In this document: positions 32,027-45,003 of the stretch, in pieces
Position numbering within the stretch: the stretch's first letter is position 1
How the letters are laid out: each line of letters begins with the position of its first letter
NCBI GenBank assembly: GCA_951406725.2
Contig: OX597817.1
Location: 57,226,001 to 57,290,000, forward strand
Source: Octopus vulgaris
Lineage: Eukaryota
Length of the DNA: 64,000 nucleotides
Direction of reading: 5' to 3'
Translations under genes and position numbers: made by a program
The notes under the pieces: generated by a model
Databases searched by the model: none
What the model saw: only the letters and a program-made list of their open reading frames with translations
What the model was told of the DNA's origin: nothing

Positions 32027-32324
32027 CAGGGGTCAGGGAACTTTTTAACCAATAACCCCAAAATATATTTATTTGGACAGACGTTACTCCCTTGATTTGA
32101 AAGGAAGAAAATCATAGATTCTTTGAATTGGAAAGGTTTGTTGAATCTGTTTACATGCCCATTACACTGGACAGATGCAGTGTTGCTAGAAGAAAAATTT
32201 TTTTCCGAACAAGGAACATGGTTTTTTTTATATAATTTTACTTGTGTCTAAGATGTCCTCATTACCCCCAAGAATTTCATTTTTACCCCATCTGGAGTAA
32301 TTTAGCCCAGTTCGCTGACCCTTG
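32027..32324. mobile_element. hAT MITE
   Basis: TIRs CAGGGGTCAGGGAACT / AGTTCGCTGACCCTTG; 8-bp TSD acctaaat/atctaaat. Confidence 0.85.
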
Positions 32325-32358
32325 ATCTAAATCAAAGGTGAAAATCACCATCATCATC

Positions 32359-32592
32359 TATTTCTTTACTACCCACAAGGGGCTAAACACAGAGGGGACA
32401 AACAAGGACAGACAAACGGATTAAGTCGATTACATCGACCCCAGTGCGTAACTGGTACTTAATTTATCAACCCTGAAAGGATGAAAGGCAAAGTCGACCT
32501 TGGTGGAATTTGAACTCAGAACGCAGTGGCAGACGAAATACCGGAAAGCATTTCGCCCGGCATGCTAATGATTCTGCCAGCTCGCCGCCTTA
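32359..32592 (-). mobile_element. SINE family A, full-length copy
   Basis: Reverse complement of the 60706-60935 consensus. Confidence 0.9.
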
Positions 32593-33228
32593 TATCATCA
32601 TCATCATCATCGTTTAGCATCTGCTTTCCATGCTGGCATGGATTACACACTTTGAGAGTAGCTGGCAAGGCTGGAGAGCTGCACCAAACCCAATTGTCTG
32701 TTTTGGCATGGTTTCTATGGCTGGATGCCTTTCCTAATACCAAACACTTTACAGAGTGGCACTGGATGCTTATTACATGGCACCAGTGTGTGTGTGTACA
32801 TAAACAACTGCCTCAGTCTGCCAACTAACTCACAAGGAATTGGTCAGCTGTAGGCTATAGAAAACACTTTCCCCAACATTGCACCTGGTGAGACCAAATC
32901 CAAACTCACGTGGCTGTGAAGTAACCTTCATGACCATAAAACCACAGCCATATTCTTTATTATCATGGAACACGCATACTGAAACGTATGTAACTACATC
33001 ATCATCATCAACAAATCTAGATGATGGGGTGTGTGTGCATGTGTGCTACACTGTGTGTAACTTGTGTATCTGCAATCATGGTAATTTATTTACCTGAAGA
33101 TAATAGCGTAAATAGCAACAATAACCTCACAGTAGGGTACTTAATTAATGTTAAACGCGTTAGCAAAGATAAAACAATATGTCAAAATACAAATATAAAT
33201 TATTTTTTCGATAAATTCTTGCTCCTTT

Positions 33229-33284
<56 letters not shown>

Positions 33285-33361
33285 TCATTGGATGTTAATT
33301 TACAATAATAATTATATATATATATATATATATATCATCATTGGATGTTAATTTACAATAA

Positions 33362-33402
<41 letters not shown>

Positions 33403-33700
33403 CTATACACACACACACGTCTACACTGATATACACAGAAAATAAACTGCATTACCTACTTTTTAAAAAATTATATATACCAAAATCAATATTAAACATG
33501 TAAGATTTGAAAATAGTAATAATCAATAGGAGCGTTTAAAAAAAATAAACCTATCTCGTAGCTATTTCTAATGATGTGTGTACATAAACACAGGCATTGC
33601 ACACACACACACAGACATGCATATACACACACTCATTAGACATACATACACAAACCATATATAAATACAGACATACACATGAAATATATATATAGTGTAC

Positions 33701-33737
<37 letters not shown>

Positions 33738-33739
33738 TA

Positions 33740-34135
33740 CAATTATATATACATAGACACACATGCAATTATATATACATACACATGCAATTATATATAT
33801 ATACACACATGCAATTATATATACATACACACATGCAATTATATATACATACACACATGCAATTATATATACATACACACATGCAATTATATATACATAC
33901 ACACATGCAATTATATATACATACACACATGCAATTATATATACATACACACATGCAATTATATATACATACACACATGCAATTATATATACATACACAC
34001 ATGCAATTATATATACATACACACATGCAATTATATATACATACACACATGCAATTATATATACATAGACACATGCAATTATATATACATACACACATGC
34101 AATTATATATACATACACATACAATTATATATACA
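33740..34135. repeat. 24-bp minisatellite (acacatgcaattatatatacatac), about 16 copies
   Basis: Direct inspection; gives the HTHMQLYI repeat ORF. Confidence 0.95.
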
Positions 34136-35944
34136 TATACACACACATGCACACATATACACATACACACACATTAATATGTATACACACACATTAATAT
34201 ATATATATATACACACACACACAGATTGTATGAGTGTGTGTGAATGTGTGAAAGAGAGAGAGAGAATATATATTTCTGAAAAATTAAAAAATCAAACCAG
34301 GACACAAAATATTGTTTGTTGAAGACTTAACTAATTCTAGTCGAGTCACTATCGATCTCACACACATTGTAATAATCTATACGGCAACCCGAGTTCAGCA
34401 TATTGCACTCCTCCTCTCACTCTCACTCAATCTCTCTCTCTCTGTATTCATCAAATATAATATGCATGTATCTAACTATGCATGCACACACCCATATACA
34501 CAAACATCTCTATGGACATAAACATAGACATACAAACATATCGTGAGATACAAAGAATTTTTAAGAGAATGATAAAGATCATTGAACTAAAGAGAGGCTA
34601 AATGCTAAATAACAAAGTCTCCTGACTATTAACGACATCATCATCATCATCATCAATACCAATGACGACACCATCATTGATGACCAATCATCTATAAGTG
34701 GTAGCTATAGCAACAACGCCCAGGTTCCTGTTACAGACACACAGACACAAGCCTGCAGATTAGTTTCAATGGCACTCAGCTATTAGTACTGGATCATCTG
34801 TTACACGCATACACATGTACATTAACATACATACATACATACATACATGTAATATGCAATACATATAAGAGATAGATAGATGGATAGATAGATAGGCAGC
34901 TGAATACACAGAGACAGAGAGATGGGTAGACAGACAGAGAGGAAAGATAGAGAGAGAGGCCGATAGGATAGACAGATAGAAGGATAGATAGACAGCTGAA
35001 TACACAGAGACAGAGAGAAGGATAGAGCGACAGAGAAAAGGAGAGACAGAAAGACAGATAGAAGGATAGATACTCATTTAATATACATCCAACAAACTAG
35101 AGCATCAAACAAATTTTGCTTGCAATGGTACTTTTTTCTATCTCATAAATAATACATATATAGGCATAATATATGTTCATAATATATATGCACACACATT
35201 CATTTTCTATATTAGATGCCATCACAATTGCTTAATGAGTGTTTTTTTTTCCATGCTGGCAAGGCTTGGACAATTCACGAGAAGTTGGCAAGCCATAAGT
35301 CTGTGCTAAGCTCCAATGTCTGCTTTGGCAATGGTTTCTACAGCTTGATGCCCTTCCTAATGCCAACTGCTTTACAGAGTGTACTCTTATCTTTCACTTG
35401 CTTCAGTCATTAGACTAGACTGTGGCCATGCTGGGGCACCTCATTGAAGAACGTTTAGCTGAATGAATCGACCCCACCATACTTATTTTTGTCTAAAGCC
35501 TGTTAGAAAAAGAATAAATGATGGTGAAAGGGTGTCGGTGTATACAAACAGAAGGTGGATAGGAGTGGTCCCAGGAATTGGACAGGGTGAATGAGGAGGT
35601 CAGCTTGCAAGTGTGAAAGGAGAATACCAGATGGATGGAGATGAGGCAGTGAAAGATGAACATGGGTGGAGGTACAGTGAATGGTGAATATCAGTGTGGT
35701 CCCTTGTACACAGTGAATGTAGAGAGTAACCAGTATCCAAAAGCATGTAGACTGCGGAAAAGAATGAGAGGTAGACATGAAAGCGGAAAGGCCAGAAATG
35801 GATGGACAAGAGAGGTGGGAGCAAATGTACTAAAAACCCGAGCATGCATACATTTATATAATGATGAGCATCAATAAATTGCTATTTGTGTGCATATTGT
35901 GTATATTTTGGTGCATGTATATGCATGCTAAAACTCTAGTTCCA

Positions 35945-37157
35945 AAGGACATTAAACTTGCGGCATTTCTTTTTCTCCACTTCACCAAGGATACATCTTA
36001 CTAAGTTCTTTCAAATAACACCCAAAACGAAAATGTTCTTTGAAGAGAAAAGAACATTCTTATAAAAGACTGAAGTCATATTGGATCAGAAAACACTTTT
36101 ATAAAAGTAAGGTGGCGAGCTGGCAGAAATGTTAGCACGCCGGGCGAAATGCGTAGCCGTATTTCGTCTGCCGTTACATTCTGAGTTCAAATTCCGCCGT
36201 GGTCAACTTTGCCTTTCATCCTTATGGGGTCGATTAAACAAGTACCAGTTATGCACTGGGGTCGATATAATCAACTCAATCCATCTGTCTGTCCTTGTTT
36301 GTCCTCTCTGTGTTTAGCCCCTTGTGGGCAGTAAATAACTAGAAAACACTTTTATGAAAGTGTCTATAAAGTTGATCCTGGAGTATTTCAAGTCAAAGAC
36401 ACTCCTGTGTGAAATCAAAGGACCATCATTATTTCACTAACGTCAAACAAGAGAGGATCAGGTTTGTGCTACATCCAGAGAAGTGGGTTCCAGGTGAGAT
36501 CATCATCGTCAATGTTTCTACAGCTGGATGCCCTTCCTAACGCCAACCACTCCGTGAGTGTAGTGGGTGCTTTTTACGTGCCACCTGCACAGGTGCCAGG
36601 CAAGGCTGGCAGTGGAAAATATTTCAATGATTGAAGCAGCTGATTCACAATCACTTTCAAAACTGTGAAGTCTTCTTCCAATTGCATTGAAAAACCTGTT
36701 GACTGTAAATTTGTTAATGATTTGTGGTTAGAATTTATTTAAAAGTGATTTATTCCATGATAATAAGTAGAGCAACATAATCTAAAGGGTCAACATGAAC
36801 TCCCTTACAGTTTTGTGGTTCGATTTATGGCTGAGATTGAGTCCTAGTCTGGTTGAGGATCAAAAAAAGATAGAATTTTTTATACAACTGATGACTATAT
36901 TCCAAAGAAAAGAAAAGTGAAATATTCTTCCTTGATGAAACTGGACAAACAAGAAAACCCTCTCTGAAAACCTAATGTCGCTAGCTGAAGTACAAAAACA
37001 TGGAGGAAATCACCAAAGTCATCGCATCTTGAGGTGTTGCTGTCCCTCTACTGTCTGGGAGCAAAACAACTCAGAGTACAGTCAAACTACCACTGAATCT
37101 CAACAACCTGTAACATAGGCAAAGGAACAGGAGTAGCAGAAGTGTTAAAACGGCAAC
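35945..37157 (+). mobile_element. Helitron Rep/Hel (PIF1-family helicase) pseudogenised remnant, interrupted by two SINEs
   Basis: Fragments in the expected order: LLCEIKGPSLF (36402), IFFLDETGQTRKP (36922, motif I), KVIAS*GVAVPLLSGSKTTQSTVKLPLNL (37015, motif Ia/Ib), TCNIGKGTGVAEVLKRQ; stops and frameshifts throughout. Confidence 0.8.
36109..36340 (+). mobile_element. Young SINE family A copy
   Basis: Full length, CpGs retained, TSD agaaaacacttttat(a/g)aaagt. Confidence 0.92.
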
Positions 37158-37532
37158 CATCGTTATCATTTAGTGACCCTTTTTCCATGCCAGTCAGGGT
37201 TGGATGGTCTGATAGGAACTGACAAGCTGGAGGATCGAACAAAGCTCCAACATCTACTTTGGAATGGTTTTTTTTACAGCTGGATGCCCTTCTTAACATG
37301 AACTACAAATTTACAGTATGTGCATCGTGACCAACAGTTATGTCTGAAACTTGAGATCAAATTATTAGGGTTATCAGAAGAAATTATCCTTTTGGTGAAA
37401 TAACAGAACTCACAACAGTAGAGTTCCATCAGTACTTCCTTCCAGTTCTTTGAGAGGACACAAGAGTTAATCAAATGAACAACTGCTTGTAATTTTCACA
37501 TTTCTGGGGGGCGGGGGGGACGTTTAAGAAAC

Positions 37533-37744
37533 TTAACCATTCAGCTTTCTGGTTACTCCTCTCTCATTCACATTGTCTTGAATTTATCATAGATTTATCT
37601 TGTAGCTTCAAGATTTCAAGGATGCGATTGTTTATTTTTAGAATGACATTGTAGAGTAGGTGTGAAAGGTCTGATCTGGTCAGATTAAACATAAAACAGG
37701 TAGATATAGACCTGATATGGCCAGTTGGAATACTAAAGAGTTGA
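37533..37744. mobile_element. piggyBac-type MITE copy (opposite orientation to 24180)
   Basis: ttaaccattcagc...tactaaagagttga; shared body. Confidence 0.7.
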
Positions 37745-37889
37745 ATTTGAAACAAACAGAAGACCTCACCTTAAACTTCAACAACCAAATGATTTTGCTA
37801 CTAAAATTTCTGCATAAAAGTAGGAGTTGCTGTACCTGGTTAATAAGGGTGACTTATGAGAATTCATTAATCATTTGACAAACTAAGTA

Positions 37890-38260
37890 GTCTTCACCAA
37901 CATTCAACACATGGTTCCGGGTTCATTCCCACTGCATGTCTTCTACTATAGCCTCGGGCTGACCAAAGCCTTATGAGTGACTTTGGTAGACGGAAACTGG
38001 AAGAAGTCCGTCATGTGTGTGTATATATATATATGTATGCATGTTTGTGTGTCTGTGTTTGTCCCCCTAACATTGCTTGACAACTGAGGCTGGTGTGTTT
38101 ACGTCCCTGTAACTTAGCGGTTCAGAAAATGAGACCGATAGAATAAGTACTAGGCTTACAAAGAATAAGCACTGGGGTCGATTTGTTCAACTAAAGGTGG
38201 TGCTCCAGCATGGCTGCAATCAAATGACTGAAACAACAAAGGAATTAAAGAATAAAAGAA
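37890..38260 (+). mobile_element. SINE family C copy
   Basis: Homologous to 39167-39612. Confidence 0.85.
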
Positions 38261-38424
38261 TAATATATATTATCATCAAAGGCATGAAACTGTCACTTAG
38301 TATTTCAGTCGATAACTGATGAAGAATTAGGACCCATCTGTGTATGTTTTTTAGTATTTTAATGCAGTTTTCATTTATTGAGTAACTGAAAACCATGCAC
38401 CCCCGCTTTTATTAACATTAAATT

Positions 38425-38464
<40 letters not shown>

Positions 38465-38809
38465 GCACCAGGTGTACTAAAGATAATGTGCTTGCATTTG
38501 TCTTTCACAGTGTTGGCTAAAATATATTAAAATTCCCTGTAATACAATCTAACAGTGAAGCAAAACTTTAAACACCAGTTAAGTGTATATACACCATCAC
38601 CATTTAACTTGCACTTTTCCATGCTTGCATGGGTCAGACAGAATTCATTGAGGCAGATTTTCTATGAGAGGGTGCCCTTCCTGTCACCAACTCTCACCTG
38701 TTTACAAACAAGATAGTTTTCCCCCTTGACCACAAACACTTAATGCTGTGTTCTTATTAAATATGCTTGAATTAGTTATAATGTCATTTGCATAAATAAT
38801 GGACTTACT

Positions 38810-39058
38810 GTATACAAAGCACCATTGAAGTGTGGCCGATGCCAGTGCCACCTGACTGGCTCCCATGCCGGTGATATGTAAAAAGCACCCACTACACTCT
38901 CAGAGTGGGGTTGGTGTTAGGAAAAGCACCCATCTGTAGAAACCTTACCACCAGATCAGATTGGAGCCTGGTGCAGCCTCCTGGCTTGCTAGTCCTCAGT
39001 CAAACTGCCCAACCCATGCCAGCATGGAAAGCGGACGTTAAACGATGATGATGATGAT
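38810..39058 (+). mobile_element. SINE family B copy
   Basis: Ends gcggacgttaaacgatgatgatg. Confidence 0.85.
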
Positions 39059-39166
39059 ATATGTGTGTGTGCGTGTCTATGAGTGTAGTTAAAAAGTTCA
39101 CTTTGCAACCCACAGCTTCAGTTTCCTACCCAATTTGCAGCACATTCAGTAAAAGTCTTCGACTAT

Positions 39167-39338
39167 AGGCACAGGAGTGGCTGTGTGGTAAGTAGCTCGC
39201 ATACGAATCACATGGTTCTGGGTGCAGTCCCACCGTGTGGCACCTTGGGCTAGTGTCTTCTACTATAACCTTGGGCCAACCAAAGCCTTGTGAGTGGATT
39301 TGGTAGACGGAAACTGAAAGAAGCCCATCGTGTGTATA

Positions 39339-39407
<69 letters not shown>

Positions 39408-39612
39408 ATGTATGTGTTTGTTCCTCCCAACATCACTTAACAACCAATGCTGGTGTGTTTACATCTCCATCACTTAGCGGTTCGGCAAGAGAGACTGATA
39501 GAATAAGTACTAGGCTTACAAAGAATAAGTCCTGAGGTCGATTTGCTCAGCTAAAGGTAGTGTTCCAGCATGGCTACAGTCAAATGGCAAGCAAATAAAT
39601 GAATAAAAGAAT
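39167..39612 (+). mobile_element. Full-length tRNA-derived SINE family C
   Basis: A box tggctgtgtgg, B-box-like gggtgcagtccc, internal (TA)n/(TG)n, tail (AATAAAAG)n. Confidence 0.9.
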
Positions 39613-40357
39613 AGCTGTGGGTCAGACAAAGCCTTCTAATAGAAACTGAAAGAAGCCCATTATGTGAGTGTGCATATATACGAGCACACGCAGGGGTGTG
39701 CATCTGCTTGTCTTGACATCATGTGCTAATTCTAAAACATCTCTGTCGGACAAGCAGTATCCTTCATTTGAAATTTTCTCTGGCAACACATCCAGCCACC
39801 ATGTTGTACATGTTCAAGGGACAAAGAAGAACATCACACAGCTGGGGAAACAAACGAGGGTTAGCAACAGGAAAGGCATCCAGTTACAGAAATCTCTACC
39901 TCAATGGATATCATCAAAGCCATGCAAGTATGGATAGGTGGCTATTAAAATGGTGATGATGATGACTGTGTGAGTGTGTGTATCATTTAAAACAGTTTGA
40001 TTCTGCTCCAGATGACTTAAATTTTCATAGGCTCAGATTACCAATTAGATAATCTGAGCCTCAAGGAATTAGGTTTCAGTAAGAAGCCTATGAAACTTAG
40101 TCACATGGAGCTGAATCAAACTACTTTAAATAATAATATAATAATGTGTGTGTGTGTGTGTGTAAAATTGTACCCTTGTCTTGACATAGTCGTAAACGAG
40201 CATCAGTCATACAAGCGATGTTGTTTGTTTCCAATCTTCCATGAAATATGGTCATGGGAAAATATTTGGAAACAGGTAAGAGTTAGCAACAGGAAGAGCG
40301 TTCAGCCATAGAAAATCTGCCTCAGCAAACACCACCAAAGACATAGAAAAATGGATG

Positions 40358-40400
<43 letters not shown>

Positions 40401-40419
40401 CTTTTATATTCATCCCTGG

Positions 40420-41420
40420 ACACAGTGACATCCATCCTACTGCAATCACCCCTCACCTCTTCCTGTCACACCCGTCTTGGCTTTTCCCTTTCTGCAGGTT
40501 TCATCCACTCAATTCATTTGGCACTTCTTTACCCAATGGTTACCCTACATATGTCCATACCAGCATCATTTTCTCTCTCACACACAACTGGTTCAACTTA
40601 GACCCATTCTTTCTCACAGCAGATTTGTACTCTGTCAAACAGCCATACACGTCAACATTATACATCAAGCAGAGAGCAAAGCTAACTTCATTCCTTAGCA
40701 CATTCTCTAACATTTAATACCCACATGTGCTACCATACAATACCGTGCTCTATATATATAAGCATCGTACACAATGAAGGAGAAACGTTAGGGTGCCAGG
40801 CGAAATGCTTAGCGGTATTTTGTCTGCCATTATGTTTTGAGTTCAAATTCCGCCGAGGTTGACTTTGCCTTTCATCCTTTCGGGGTCGATAAAGTACCAG
40901 TTTCGCACTGGGGTCGATGTAATCGACTTAATCCCTTTGTTTGTCCCCTCTATGTTTAGCCCCTTGTGGGTAGTAAAGAAATGTATATATATATAAGCAT
41001 CGTACACAAACTGCTGTCCCCCAAGGCAGAAAACACCTTTGTTACCAATCCAACAGAAGCAATAAATAGCCCACATTCAGCCTCATCCTTACTTCTGGCT
41101 ACAATGTTTTTGTAACACTCATCTCCACTGTTGATTATGTTACCTAGGTAACAGAAGCTGTCACCTATTTCTGTGGGGGAGAACCTTCTGTGCAGCTGAA
41201 CATAATTATTTCACGTGTACTCTTACTGCTGACTAGTCTTACGCATCAGCTACCCACTGCAGCATCCTTCTTTTCTGCCAGCCTGTCTGGGATACCCCTG
41301 CACATTTTGTGCACTTATAGTTCACACCATATGGAACCCCTGCCCACACAGATGCATTTCCTCCCTCTAAAACCTTTGTTTATGTTAGGTTTAATTTTAG
41401 GCTTCTCTGAATTCTTTGTC
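40420..41420 (-). mobile_element. RTE LINE fragment (RT C-terminal region) with nested family A SINE at 40775-40983
   Basis: Minus translation EIGDSFCYLGNIINSGDECYKNIVAR...VYDA matches the RTE motif LE.VD.F.YLG..I...G.C...I.AR; SINE TSD tatatatataagcatcgtacacaa. Confidence 0.8.
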
Positions 41421-42387
41421 CTGCTCTTAAACTTGGAATCTTCCCTCTAATTGTTCAGCTGGGAGAACTTGGTCCTCAGTATACAGGAGCTGCCAAGGGT
41501 GGCCAGGTCTTGTAGTCATGTTATGACCTGGTGGATTGTAATAAACAAGGGGGGACTCAAGGGGTTTCTACACTGCTTCACATTGTCTCTGCTCATTCAC
41601 AGCATGACCAACAGATTAGCTAGAACAGACGACAATGGCAGAAGACGAACTAGAGTCAGGAAGAAGAGGGAATAGCTATATATACAATACTATATACTCT
41701 CTTTTTGTGTTTATGTACATTATATAACATATATGCTACATATATATATATATATATATATATTATTATAATAATAATATAATATGATATATAAATATAT
41801 GCATACATACATAAATATATGTACATAGCTATATATATATGTATATATACACATGCATATATGGGTACAGGATATAAAAAAACGTTGAGCACAATGAGAA
41901 ACAAAAACATAGAAACAAACTTTTTTTTAACAAAAAAAAAAAACCAATGAGACATACAACATAAAGAATATTCCCCTTCTTCAGTTGTCCGTTTCATCTA
42001 CTCTACGTTTCCAAGGCAAGGACATATGTATGTCGTTAAATGTTCGAAATGAGGAGTAGATGGACAGCCGACAACTGATAAAGGGTTGTACTTGTCTTGA
42101 TTTCCATTTGTTTCTCTGGTTGTTTGCATACCCAAGTTTGTCTTCTTATTTCATATTGTTTACGTTTTGTGATGTCCTGTACCCATATATGCATATATAT
42201 ATGTATTGGGTGCTTCTTACATGGCCCGAGCAGCAGTGAAGTCACCAATTAACTTACAGGACAAGACACCCCTCAACCGGAGATGGGGGTGGGGAGTAGT
42301 ATTGAGGGTCAGAAATATATATATATATATATTTATTGAAGAAATTGGGGTCAACAAAAAGGGGTATAGTTGGACATTAATTTTTTA

Positions 42388-42494
42388 ATTGCTATAATTG
42401 TTTCAACACAACATAGTTCTCCAGGTGTGCAGGTAACTTGATTATGCAACTGTTTCCCTGCATTATGAGATCTAGTTGTGTTTCCTCAGGCAAT
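42388..42494 (-). ncRNA. Type I hammerhead ribozyme motif with extended stem II
   Basis: ATTGC-CTGAGGA-AACACAACTAG-(55 nt)-CTATGTTGTGTT-GAAA-CAATT-ATA-GCAAT: 5-bp stem I, 8+3-bp stem II base, intact core, AUA cleavage triplet. Confidence 0.75.
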
Positions 42495-42999
42495 ATGTAA
42501 ATATTGTCTCCATAAATTTAAAATCCTCGGCTTCAAGAACATCCTATCTGAAGGTGGACAAGCTCTATACTGTACTCTACTACGTTCTTTACAGAATATA
42601 CCATAACGATATATATATATATATATATATACATACATACATACACACACAGTAAAATTTTAAATTAATTACAAAAGGAGGTTTCTAATTTATCAAGTTG
42701 AGAGAAAGAATTTATCACAAGGCTTCTCTTCATTGCAAAAAAACAAACAAACAGACAAGCAAAAGCTTTATAGACACATGCACGCATGCATACACACATA
42801 TTTCCAGTCCTCCGTGAAAAACATGTCTGGCCATGGGAAAATAATACCTTGCTTGGAAACAGGTGATGGTTGGTGAAAGAAAAGGTACCTAGCCATAGAA
42901 AAATCTGCCTCAACAAATTCTGTTTGACCCATGCAAGCTTGGAAAAGTGGGCGTTAAACGAGGAGAGAGAGAAAGAGCGACAGACAGGCACACACACAC

Positions 43000-44510
43000 A
43001 GACAGATAGATAGATGGAGAGATAGACGGATGGTTGGAGAGATAGACGGATGGATGGAGAGATAGACGGATGGTTGGAGAGATAGACGGATGGTTGGAGA
43101 GATAGACGGATGGTTGGAGAGATAGACGGATGGTTGGAGAGATAGACGGATGGATGGAGAGATAGACGGATGGATGGAGAGATAGACGGATGGATGGAGA
43201 GATAGACGGATGGACGGAGAGATAGACGGATAGACGGAGAGATAGACGGAGAGATAGACGGAGAGATAGACGGAGAGATGGACAGATGGACGGAGAGATG
43301 GACAGAGAGATGGACAGATGGACGGAGAGATGGACAGATGGACGGAGAGATAGACAGATGGACGGAGAGATAGACAGATGGACGGAGAGATAGACAGATG
43401 GACGGAGAGATAGACAGATGGACGGAGAGATAGACAGAGAGATAGACAGATAGACGGAGAGATAGACAGATAGACGGAGAGATAGACAGATAGACGGAGA
43501 GATAGACAGATAGACGGAGAGATAGACAGATAGACGGAGAGATAGACAGATGGACGGAGAGATAGACAGATGGACGGAGAGATAGACAGATGGACGGAGA
43601 GATAGACAGATGGACGGAGAGATAGACAGATGGACGGAGAGATAGACAGATGGACGGAGAGATAGACAGATGGACGGAGAGATAGACAGATGGACGGAGA
43701 GATAGACAGATGGACGGAGAGATAGAGATAGATGGACGGAGAGATAGAGATAGATGGACGGAGAGATAGACAGATGGACGGAGAGATAGACAGATGGACG
43801 GAGAGATAGACAGATGGACGGAGAGATAGACAGATGGACGGAGAGATAGACAGATGGACGGAGAGATAGACAGATGGACGGAGAGATAGACAGATGGACG
43901 GAGAGATAGACAGATGGACGGAGAGATAGACAGATGGACGGAGAGATAGACAGATGGACGGAGAGATAGACAGATGGACGGAGAGATAGACAGATAGACG
44001 GAGAGATAGACAGATAGACGGAGAGACAGACGGAGAGATAGACGGATAGATGGAGAGATAGACGGATAGATGGAGAGATAGACGGATAGATGGAGAGATA
44101 GACGGAGAGATGGAGAGAGAGACGGAGGGAGAGATGGAGAGATAGACGGAGAGATGGAGAGATAGACGGAGAGATGGAGAGAGAGATGGAGAGAGAGACG
44201 GAGAGATGGACGGAGAGATGGAGAGATGGAGGGAGAGATGGAGAGATAGACGGAGAGATGGAGAGATAGACGGAGAGATGGAGAGATAGACGGAGAGATG
44301 GAGAGATAGACAGATAGACGGAGAGATAGACAGATAGACGGAGAGATAGACAGATAGACGGAGAGATAGACAGATAGACGGAGAGATAGACAGATAGACG
44401 GAGAGATAGACAGATAGACGGAGAGATAGACAGATAGACGGAGAGATAGACTGATAGACGGAGAGATAGACAGATAGATGGAGAGATAGACAGATAGATG
44501 GAGAGATAGA
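43000..44510. repeat. 1.5-kb 20-bp minisatellite (gagagatagacagatggacg variants)
   Basis: Direct inspection; variant blocks; source of the S/L/P/I-rich ORFs. Confidence 0.97.
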
Positions 44511-44945
44511 CCCCAGTTGAACCGTCCAACCCATGCTAGCATGGAAAACGGACGCTAAACGATGATGATGATGATGGAGAGAGACAGATAAGATACAAAG
44601 ATTATTAAATATATAAATCAAAGAGAGACCCTATGTGCATGGTCACCTGACTTGCTAGAATGGGCAGCAAAATCTATCTCCTTCGGAGCATATTAGATAA
44701 TGTAGTTCTAGATACAACCAGAGATGCTCACAGCTGGAACTTCTCCCATCACGGCTAACAAGTTACATCGTTATTCTCATCTTAAAATGGTGTTACATCT
44801 TGCAGGAAAAGGTCACCCGAACTGTTACTATTTATAGTATAGTGTTGATTTGACCTGCTCTTGCAGCTAGCAGTGTGGATGTGTAGCTGGACACCAGTAT
44901 ATGACTGGTATGTCACTAAGCATCAGCAGCTTGCTGTTGACTTAC

Positions 44946-45003
44946 TAACGAGATATTTATAACAGCAATGACAAAGCAGTAAAGGACATTTGTAACCCAT
45001 CAT
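44946..45003 (-). CDS. Candidate short alternative 5' exon (MMGYKCPLLLCHCCYKYLV, phase 1) or non-coding exon
   Basis: ATG ATG at 45003, consensus donor GTAAGT at 44945, CpG-containing unique region upstream (45400-45700). Phase differs from the other candidates. Confidence 0.2.

Noticed and set aside
33281-33366. Duplicated ~32-bp segment between (TA)n runs (similar small duplications at 13.0, 13.65, 45.7 and 60.0 kb)
   Set aside because: Ordinary slippage-mediated local duplications; no evidence of function.
33740-34135. CRISPR-like regular repeats (also 15817-15878 and 43000-44510)
   Set aside because: Head-to-tail units without unique spacers, no cas genes, eukaryotic context.
42665-44621. 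Three 539-625 aa S/L/P/I-rich minus-strand ORFs
   Set aside because: Artefact of the 20-bp minisatellite; open in all three frames.
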